Below are positions 56,925 through 64,000 of a stretch of 64,000 nt of DNA, one piece after another (positions within the stretch are counted from its first letter, which is position 1; the number at the start of each line of letters is the position of its first letter). The notes under the pieces were generated by a model, which saw only the letters and a list, made by a program, of their open reading frames with translations, did not search any database and had not been told where the DNA came from. The translations under genes were made by a program, and so were the position numbers. Source of the stretch: Gemmatimonadales bacterium (GTDB lineage Bacteria; Gemmatimonadota; Gemmatimonadetes; Gemmatimonadales; GWC2-71-9); the NCBI GenBank assembly GCA_041577295.1, contig JBFGJG010000015.1:1-64000 (forward strand), read 5' to 3'.

Positions 56925-57695
56925 CTAGTTGCCGCGCAGCTGGTGTAGGCGCTGCTCCGCGAGCTGGTTGCCAGGCATGATCTCGAGTGCCTGCTCGAAG
57001 CTCGCGATCGCGTCGGTCGTATCGCCACGCAGCCGGTGGGCCTCGCCGAGGATGAAGTGGGTGAACCCGGATTCGGGATAGAACTCCAAATTCAGGCTCA
57101 ACATGGCGACGGCGCCGTCGAGCCGTCGCTGCTGATCGCCGGAACCGTCTGCCCCCCGGACGAGGTCGTTCCCCATGAGCATCAACATTCGCTCGCTGAA
57201 GTCATAGGCGAACCCGCCGTAATGCTCCTCCCGTAGCTGGCGGTACTCGGCGATCGCGGAATCGGTGCCGTGCTGGTTCACGGTGGCCAGGAGGATGTCT
57301 TGGATCCGCTCTGGCTTCGAGACGCCGCGGTGACAGGTTTCACACCCAACGATGATCGGCGGGTCCGACCTGCCATCCAGGTTGGCAAGGTGGGTCTCGT
57401 TGATCGCGCGGACCATCTCGATCATCTCGCGCGCTTTCCGTTTGGTCTCCTTGTCGTCCGAGACAAAATCGAACTCTTCGAGGGGCTGCCCTTCTTCGCC
57501 TATGTGACAGAACTGACACCGCACACCAAGACCCCCGGCGAACGTCCGCATGACGCCGATGAGCTCGCGCGGTGTGATATCAGCGGGCAGGACCTTCAGG
57601 TTCTTGAGAGAGTCAGGAGGGAATTGTGCGTTGCCGTCTGCAACGCATACGACACAGATGAGAACGACCGCCCAAGTGACGCGGAACGCGGACAT
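56925..57695 (-). CDS. Secreted diheme c-type cytochrome (PufC-related family) with C-terminal TPR
   Basis: Signal peptide; KNLKVLP, M..F...LGVRCQFCH, AREMIEM, CETCHRG; TPR-like tail. Confidence 0.85.
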   Translation of the reverse strand: MSAFRVTWAVVLICVVCVADGNAQFPPDSLKNLKVLPADITPRELIGVMRTFAGGLGVRCQFCHIGEEGQPLEEFDFVSDDKETKRKAREMIEMVRAINETHLANLDGRSDPPIIVGCETCHRGVSKPERIQDILLATVNQHGTDSAIAEYRQLREEHYGGFAYDFSERMLMLMGNDLVRGADGSGDQQRRLDGAVAMLSLNLEFYPESGFTHFILGEAHRLRGDTTDAIASFEQALEIMPGNQLAEQRLHQLRGN

Positions 57696-57762
57696 CGAGA
57701 TCCTCCGATTGCGATTGTACACACCAAGGATACGCGGCGGGCGCGGTACCAGGATGGGGTTC

Positions 57763-57791
57763 GTATCAGCGATGTGTCAGAAAACGGTCAG
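57763..57791 (-). repeat. Three phased direct repeats (11-bp period) upstream of the cytochrome gene
   Basis: Minus strand CTGACCG-N4-CTGACAC-N4-CTGATAC. Confidence 0.5.
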
Positions 57792-58002
57792 CGGCGGGAC
57801 TCGAAGAGATCCGGACGGTGCCGGGCCGAGCAATGCGGGCGCTCGCTCGTCCCCTCCCAGAACGAGAACCTAGCTTGGCGAGCTTTGGTCGCCCGACACG
57901 ACGTCCTGATCTGCCGAGATCGGCGGCCAGCTCACTGAGATCGAGCAGGGGCCGATCTGGGGAAGAAGCTAAGCGGCGGCCGTCATCCGGCCGATCGGCT
58001 AG

Positions 58003-58034
58003 CCGTTATCAACCCCGTTATCGGGTCCGTTAGC
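58003..58034 (-). repeat. Three phased direct repeats (12-bp period) at the 3' end of the BTAD gene
   Basis: Plus strand CCGTTATC (58003), CCGTTATC (58015) and CCGTTAGC (58027). Confidence 0.6.
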
Positions 58035-60639
58035 CGGCCTCGAATGGGTTCGTTGGGGTGAGCTCGGGCACCAACGCCCGAAATCGCGGATGGTCGCGGA
58101 GGCTATCCCAGGTGGGGCTGATGCGAAGCCGGGGTACGGTGAGCAGCGAGGGCATGGAAAGGGATTCTTCCAGCAGATCCAGGGCGGCATCCGAATGACG
58201 CAGCATCACATGGATCACGGCGAAATCCTGGAGTGCCGCCGGGATCATGATGGCATCGCCGACACGCCGGCTGAGCTCGAGCGCCTCCCTCCCTTCCCGC
58301 AGGGCATCGGTGTCCATTCCCAACCCCGCGTAGGCGCGCCCGAGACGGCTTTTCAGCGACGTGTGGGCAGATGGGAGCGACGGTGGGGACTCGAGCTTTT
58401 CCTCGAGCCCGACTCGCGCGGAGTCGTAATAGACCTGCGCCAGGACCGAGTCTCCCAGGTAGCGATACATGTCCGCGATGTACAGGTACGCGTTGACACT
58501 GGCACCACGCCCCACGACGTAGGCCAGGGTATGGCTTCGCGTCATCCCTAGCAGAAGCCCGTCGAGCGCGTCGCGGTAGCGTCGCTGGTAAAACGGCACC
58601 ATCTGCTCGGTGACGATGTCGCCCACCACCTTCCCAGCGGCACTGTGCACGATCTCGAGCGCCTGGTCCGTATCGCCGAGCCCAAACAGGTATACCTGCG
58701 CAAGCGCGTCGTACGCCTCGGCCAATTGCGGGTCGAGCGCGATCGCGCGCCGAAGGTACTGCTCGGCTTCGTCGAAGCGGCGCAGCAAGAGATACGTCTC
58801 TCCAAGGAGCGTCAGCACGCGACCAGAGCGTGGATCCAACTCGGCGGCACGGTGAAGACTGGCCAGCGCTTGGTTCCACTGGCCCGCTTGCCGCATGACC
58901 GCGCCGATTTGAGCGTGAAGATCGATTCCTGGTCGATAGCTCCGCGCCGTCTCGTAGTGCGCCAACGCACCGTCGAAATCGAGACAACACCTGTACTGGT
59001 AGGTTCCGAGTGCTGAGTGCGCTTCAGGCAACGTGGGATCGAGGCTTAACGCTTCTTCCACTGCCGCGCGGGATAGCTGTAATCGTTCCTCGGTCTGGTC
59101 AAAGCCTAACCAGTACAGATCGCCGTGCACCTCTGACAACGCGGCGTATACCAGCGCAAACTGGGGATCCGCCAACACGGACTGCTCAAACATTTCGAGG
59201 GCCGCCCGCAGGTTGACCTCATTCTGGGGACGTCGATAGTAATCGCGTCCGCGCAGATAGAGCTCAAACGCTTCGGAGATCGCCGTGGGCCGTGGAATCT
59301 GTCCGAGCTCTTCCGGGTGCAGTGCCGCGACTTCAAGCAGCTCTCCAACGGCACCGGCGATCTCGGATGTGACATCGAACAGGTTCCCGAGATTTGCGGT
59401 GTAGACATCCGCCCAGAGGTGCGTTCCGTCGGAAGCGTTGAGGAGGCGTGGAGTGATCCGCAGCGCGCTCGTGCTGTCGCCAGGATCTTCCCGTTTCACC
59501 GATCCCAAAAGAATGAACCGAGCACCGAGCTCTTGGCCGATCAGCGTTGGACTCTTGTCGGTATCCCTATACTGGCCCGTGCTGTTGCTGGAGATGATCG
59601 CGATCCCGCTGGCCCCTGCGAGGCGTGCCGTGAGCTCGTCACTTACGCCGGCCACGACGTACTCTGGTGCGCCGAGGTTCTCGAACGGCAGGACAGCGAG
59701 CCGCGGATCAGTACCCGCGGGTGAGCGGCTGTCCGTTGAGACGACCCGGACGGCGAACAGGAGGAGGACGACGGCAACCGCGCTCCCCATCCAGACGCTA
59801 GCACGCCGGAACCAAGGCTGCGGCGACTGGAGGACGGGTGGTTCACTTGCAAACGGTGGGGCCGAAGGTGTTGTCTGCGGAACGGCCGCCGGCTCGATTC
59901 GGACGGCCGCGTTTCTCGAGGGCCGGCGGCGGAGCTCTTCGGCAAGGGTCGTCACCTGCGGATCGGGTTCCGCATCCAGCTCCTCCCGTAAAGCGGTTGT
60001 GTGGCGCTCCGCATGCCGGATGGCGCCCGCGCGGTCACCAGCCGCTGCCAAGGCTCGCATACGGTGCACAGCGATGTGGGTACTGTATCGATCGTGCTCC
60101 GCTGCCTGGCGCCACCACTCGGCAGCCGCGCGGAAGTCGGAACGAGCCTCCGCATCAATGGCGAGCTGCTCGAGTGCCGCACCGTAGCGACGCTCGAGAC
60201 GCTCCCGCTCCCGCTCTACCCACCGCTCGAACTCCGACGCGCCACTCAGATAAAAGCCATGTAGGAAGGGACCGGCATAGAGTGAAACCGCTTCCTCGAG
60301 ATTCCCATGTGCCACGGCGTCATCGAAGGCAACGGCATCGCACCACAGCTCGTTTTGCGCCAACCCTACCGCCCCCTCCTTATCCGAGAGGAACGTGCTC
60401 TCCCCCAGCCGCTGTCGCAGACCATGGAGGGCCTGTCGCAGCGCGTTGCGCGCGCGGGACTCGTCGTGATCTGGCCAAAAGAGCCCCAGCAACCGATCGC
60501 GTCGCTGGGGACCGCGTGGCGTGCCAACGGCCAGATAGGCAAGCAACGCTACGCGTTTCGGCTGAAGTCGCACTTCATGGGAGACCTCACCGTCAGACCG
60601 GCGAACCTCAACCAGGCCAAGTGTCCGAAACCGCAGCAT
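58030..60639 (-). CDS. SARP-like regulator: wHTH-BTAD, TM helix, TolB-N-like domain and TPRs
   Basis: LRFRTLG, QPKR.ALLAYL, RD.L..LFWP, CDA..F, Y.GPFL.G; a TM helix; LAVLPFEN; multiple TPRs. Confidence 0.9.
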   Translation of the reverse strand: MLRFRTLGLVEVRRSDGEVSHEVRLQPKRVALLAYLAVGTPRGPQRRDRLLGLFWPDHDESRARNALRQALHGLRQRLGESTFLSDKEGAVGLAQNELWCDAVAFDDAVAHGNLEEAVSLYAGPFLHGFYLSGASEFERWVERERERLERRYGAALEQLAIDAEARSDFRAAAEWWRQAAEHDRYSTHIAVHRMRALAAAGDRAGAIRHAERHTTALREELDAEPDPQVTTLAEELRRRPSRNAAVRIEPAAVPQTTPSAPPFASEPPVLQSPQPWFRRASVWMGSAVAVVLLLFAVRVVSTDSRSPAGTDPRLAVLPFENLGAPEYVVAGVSDELTARLAGASGIAIISSNSTGQYRDTDKSPTLIGQELGARFILLGSVKREDPGDSTSALRITPRLLNASDGTHLWADVYTANLGNLFDVTSEIAGAVGELLEVAALHPEELGQIPRPTAISEAFELYLRGRDYYRRPQNEVNLRAALEMFEQSVLADPQFALVYAALSEVHGDLYWLGFDQTEERLQLSRAAVEEALSLDPTLPEAHSALGTYQYRCCLDFDGALAHYETARSYRPGIDLHAQIGAVMRQAGQWNQALASLHRAAELDPRSGRVLTLLGETYLLLRRFDEAEQYLRRAIALDPQLAEAYDALAQVYLFGLGDTDQALEIVHSAAGKVVGDIVTEQMVPFYQRRYRDALDGLLLGMTRSHTLAYVVGRGASVNAYLYIADMYRYLGDSVLAQVYYDSARVGLEEKLESPPSLPSAHTSLKSRLGRAYAGLGMDTDALREGREALELSRRVGDAIMIPAALQDFAVIHVMLRHSDAALDLLEESLSMPSLLTVPRLRISPTWDSLRDHPRFRALVPELTPTNPFEAG

Positions 60640-60774
60640 TTGTCGTCGTTAGTGGAGGGTACTCTAGCGATAACCCGCTCAGGACTCGGAGTTCCGAGAG
60701 ACCGGGGGAAGACGGAAAATGATGGTGTGCGTGTGGAGCACCTCCTCCCTCCTCCCGCTTTGCTCGTTAACTCC

Positions 60775-61863
60775 TCACTGCCTCCTCCCCATTTGCTGCC
60801 AGTTCTGGGTGGAGCCGACGTTGGGATTGAATCCCGCCTGGTTGGACAAGAGGTACTCGCCGTTTGCGGATACCCAGTAGTTGGTATAACCGGATGGGAG
60901 CTGAACATCACGGCCCGCATAGGGATCACTGTACGTCTCGACCCCGCGGATGTACTCGCTGTACTGGCGTGACAGGCGATCCTGCGATCGTTGCTGATTC
61001 TCCCACGCCTGTTGGTACGCGGCGCTGATTTCGTCACTGGTGCGAGCAAGGTACCGGCTCAGCTCGCCAGCGGATCGAATCGCCTCCATTTGTCCCCGTT
61101 GCCACATCTCGAAGACCCGCATGTACTGTGCGAACCACGTGGGGTTCACCCTGATCGAAGAGATGATGCTGTGCAGCAAGGGGGCGTGGGCGTCGATCGT
61201 TCCCTTCACCGCACGAAACGAGAACATGCGATCGGTGATCCAGATGACGCCGGTCGGCATCATCGGTGACTGCGCAAAGACCAGCACGGGATAGAAGTCT
61301 TCCTCGTACCACTGCCCGCCGTACTCGTACTCCACGCGGACGCGCTCGGCGAGGACGCGCTTGTTGAGGCCCGGCTCGTATACATTCGTGGCCGTTTGTT
61401 GGGCGACGTCCGCTAGCTCCTGCCGCGCCACGACGCGGGCGTTGATGCCCCGACGAAACTGGGGCAGGATTATCTGCTGGACATAGGCAGCTGCATCCCA
61501 GATTGGGGCGTGCACTATTTGCCCCAGGTATATCGATCCGGGTGGGAATCCAAAGATGCCATTCTGATCCCAGGTGAACGGAATGTTGGGATAGGTCTCG
61601 AGCATGGCGGACCCGTTGGGAGCGAACACGCGCATGATGACCGACGCGAGATTCGCCATCTCGATCCGCCACACCACCCCTCCCTGGACCTGCCAATCAG
61701 CTGGGACCAGCATCCGGAAGGCTTCGATGTTGTTGACCATGGGATCGTTGACCGACACAGCACGGAGTCTCAGCGTCTGGCCTTGAGCCAGCAGGGGAAT
61801 TGGCGCGAGCAGAGCACACAGAACGACAAGCGCAACGGGAACCGAACGCCGACGCGACTGCAT
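60775..61863 (-). CDS. Secreted hypothetical protein
   Basis: Signal peptide (..LLAQ) after a GAGGG RBS; Gln-rich helical C-terminal region; no recognised catalytic motif. Confidence 0.78.
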   Translation of the reverse strand: MQSRRRSVPVALVVLCALLAPIPLLAQGQTLRLRAVSVNDPMVNNIEAFRMLVPADWQVQGGVVWRIEMANLASVIMRVFAPNGSAMLETYPNIPFTWDQNGIFGFPPGSIYLGQIVHAPIWDAAAYVQQIILPQFRRGINARVVARQELADVAQQTATNVYEPGLNKRVLAERVRVEYEYGGQWYEEDFYPVLVFAQSPMMPTGVIWITDRMFSFRAVKGTIDAHAPLLHSIISSIRVNPTWFAQYMRVFEMWQRGQMEAIRSAGELSRYLARTSDEISAAYQQAWENQQRSQDRLSRQYSEYIRGVETYSDPYAGRDVQLPSGYTNYWVSANGEYLLSNQAGFNPNVGSTQNWQQMGRRQ

Positions 61864-61994
61864 ACCGTACCCTCGTGGTATGATTTGGATGTACAAATTT
61901 CGCTCGCAAGGAATTGTGCGGGTAGGGTGGAGACCGAAAGGATCTCCTCGTATACTACCTCCGTCCAAACACCCAAACGCACGCCGAGTGGTTC

Positions 61995-62513
61995 ATGACC
62001 CTCTTTCAAGGCACGCTCTACGAGAGTTTTCACGAAGTCGACTGGAGCACCTGGGAGCCGCGTGAACGAGCGACGTTGCTGTTCGTCGTACGCGATGGAT
62101 CCATTCTCCTGATTCACAAGAAGCGGGGCATCGGTGCCGGCAAGATCAACGGTCCAGGTGGCCGTTTGGACGACGGCGAGTCGGCACTGGAGGGCGCCGT
62201 GCGGGAGGTGGAAGAAGAGCTGGGTGTGACACCTACGGGCGTTCGCGAAGCAGGTGTGCTCCGGTTTCAGTTTACCGATGGTCATTCGATTCTCTGCTAC
62301 GTGTTCACGGCGAGTGATTGCCATGGTGAGCCAACCGCGACCGCCGAGGCAACCCCTATGTGGACACCGCTCGACCAGATTCCGTTCGATCAGATGTGGG
62401 AGGACGATCGTCTGTGGATGCCACTGATGCTGGCGGGGAAGCAGTTCGAGGGTGAGTCGCTGTTTCACGGCGAGCGGATGTTAGGCTACGAGATTCGAGA
62501 GCGGCGCCGCTAA
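61995..62513 (+). CDS. Nudix hydrolase, 8-oxo-dGTPase (MTH1-like)
   Basis: KKRGIGAGKINGPGG, Nudix box GE...AVREVEEELG, and MWEDD..W. Confidence 0.9.
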   Translation: MTLFQGTLYESFHEVDWSTWEPRERATLLFVVRDGSILLIHKKRGIGAGKINGPGGRLDDGESALEGAVREVEEELGVTPTGVREAGVLRFQFTDGHSILCYVFTASDCHGEPTATAEATPMWTPLDQIPFDQMWEDDRLWMPLMLAGKQFEGESLFHGERMLGYEIRERRR

Positions 62514-62669
62514 TGATCACCCCCCCAGGTCGCTTCACGCTGCGAAGGTCGGCGAGCCAGGAGCGCCACTGGTTCGTTAGCGCCTAGCGCACTCGCGCGA
62601 CTGGATACACCGCGCTTCTACAGACGGAGGCGCTCTGGTCAACACCGTTCGGTCGCGTACGTTTCCACG

Positions 62670-64000
62670 ATGCGCTACTCCCTCCCCCAAATCATTGTGC
62701 TGCTCACGATCTGCCTGGCCTGTCGTACGCAGCTGGATCCTCAACCACCAATCACGCTGGATCCTGAACCGCCCTTTTCCGTGGTGGAGGCGAGCATCCT
62801 CGAGCTTCAGGAAGCGATGGCGCAGGGACGCATCACATCCGAGGGACTGGTCGAGGCATACCTGCGTCGGATTGCCGCGTACGATCAGCACGGCCCGGCG
62901 CTCAACACGATGATCCGGCTCAATTCCAATGCAATCGTGGAGGCGCGAGCACTCGACCAGGAGCGCCGCATGCGAGGCCCCCGCGGCCCGCTCCACGGTA
63001 TTCCGATCGTTCTCAAGGACAACTACGACACCGAGGACATTCCCACCACCGCGGGCTCGATCAGCCTGGCAGGCGCCGTTGCGGGTCGCGACGGCTTCGT
63101 CGCGGGCCGGCTGCGCGCGGCCGGAACCGTTCTGCTCGGCAAGACCAACATGAACGAGTTCGCGCTGGGTCTCACGACGTTGAGCTCGATCACGGGCCAA
63201 ACCCGGAATCCCTACAATCCAACGCGGTATCCTGGTGGGTCGAGCGGCGGTACCGCTGCAGCGGTCGCGGCAAGCATGGTTGCCGTCGGATGGGGAACGG
63301 ACACGTGTGGCTCGATCCGGGTGCCTGCGGCCTTCAACGGCTTGTTCGGCCTCAGACCTACCAAAGGCTTAACGAGTATCCAAGGCATCATCCCGCTGTG
63401 CCACAGCCAGGACGTGTCCGCGCCACTGGCCCGCACGGTGACCGACCTGGCCATCGCGCTCGACGCCACGGTGGGTTTAGACCCAAACGATCCCGCTTCC
63501 GCGATGTGGCGCGGCCAACGGGTACCGCAGTTCGTCGCGGCACTCGACTCCACGGCGCTCGAGGGTGCGCGGATCGGCGTGCTGCGTGAGTTCTTCGGGG
63601 CGCGCGCTTCCGACGCCGAAGTGTCCGCGATGGTGCAGAAAGCGCTCGGCCGGATGCAGCAAGCGGGAGCCACGGTGGTGGAGATCTCGATTCCCGATGT
63701 CGAGAAGCTGGCCCTGAGCGCGAGCGTCATCGCGTACGAGTTTCGCGATGACCTGCGGCACTATCTCACGGGTCACTCGGGAGCGGTCGTCCAAAGCCTT
63801 GGGGACATCCTCGAGAGGGGACTCTACCTGGCCGAGTTGGGACCGATCTATGACAGCCTGAACGCCAGCCCGGACACGACCTCTTCCGCCTATCGTCACG
63901 CGCTGGCGCAGCGCGCCACGCTTCAACGTCGGCTCCTCGAGATCCTGGCGGAACACGAGTTGCAGGCGTTGGCTTACCCGACGGTTCGGCAGGTAGCCGG
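62670..64000 (+). CDS. Amidase-signature family amidase, lipoprotein; 3' end runs off the window
   Basis: Manual translation MRYSLPQIIVLLTICLAC...GPLHGIPIVLKDN...GKTN...GGSSGG...GTDTCGSIR contains the Lys-Ser-Ser triad motifs. Confidence 0.92.
   Translation, partial: MRYSLPQIIVLLTICLACRTQLDPQPPITLDPEPPFSVVEASILELQEAMAQGRITSEGLVEAYLRRIAAYDQHGPALNTMIRLNSNAIVEARALDQERRMRGPRGPLHGIPIVLKDNYDTEDIPTTAGSISLAGAVAGRDGFVAGRLRAAGTVLLGKTNMNEFALGLTTLSSITGQTRNPYNPTRYPGGSSGGTAAAVAASMVAVGWGTDTCGSIRVPAAFNGLFGLRPTKGLTSIQGIIPLCHSQDVSAPLARTVTDLAIALDATVGLDPNDPASAMWRGQRVPQFVAALDSTALEGARIGVLREFFGARASDAEVSAMVQKALGRMQQAGATVVEISIPDVEKLALSASVIAYEFRDDLRHYLTGHSGAVVQSLGDILERGLYLAELGPIYDSLNASPDTTSSAYRHALAQRATLQRRLLEILAEHELQALAYPTVRQVA

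Noticed and set aside
56832..56948. Mirror ATG on the plus strand (MSDYFPQ..., 38 aa)
   Set aside because: It is a by-product of the operator palindrome; it has no RBS and runs into the cytochrome gene.
62577..63956. Minus-strand ORFs at the window end
   Set aside because: They are shadows of the plus-strand amidase that is open to the edge.

Overview
This is a GC-rich, densely coding bacterial chromosome segment with about 68 CDSs. Its gene repertoire (a BTAD-TPR regulator, a PufC-like diheme cytochrome-TPR protein, a TPM/NTase/LemA trio) suggests Gemmatimonadota, which is an inference. I found no rRNA, tRNA, CRISPR array, transposase or prophage. The content is mostly housekeeping: a partial DHH phosphoesterase, guaB, queD-mobA-moeA, etfB-etfA-ETF:QO, ligA-polX-corA, acyl-CoA metabolism, an F0+delta-only atp operon, mtgA, and three families of cation/amino-acid symporters. 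The most interesting elements are: (1) a coupled cluster of MoxR, a papain-like peptidase, an RLAN-RimK ATP-grasp ligase, a GCS2 ligase and an FGase-type hydrolase, resembling a self-contained gamma-glutamyl-peptide synthesis and turnover system, with a probable CTG start; (2) an unannotated unit at 55.4-55.9 kb with a promoter, a ~210-nt structured RNA, a terminator, a TGTGA-N6-TCACA box and a 53-aa Gln/Pro/Lys-rich sORF; (3) a diguanylate cyclase whose sensor resembles a VUT/YhhQ queuosine-precursor transporter; (4) a CC-terminal small protein plus Cys-free ArsA-like ATPase plus CstA module, split by an inverted Fpg-like gene; (5) several regulatory sites: a Rex-like box at atp, a perfect 18-bp MarR operator on a probably leaderless gene, and phased direct repeats near the BTAD regulator. 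All calls come from reading motifs by eye; no database searches were run.
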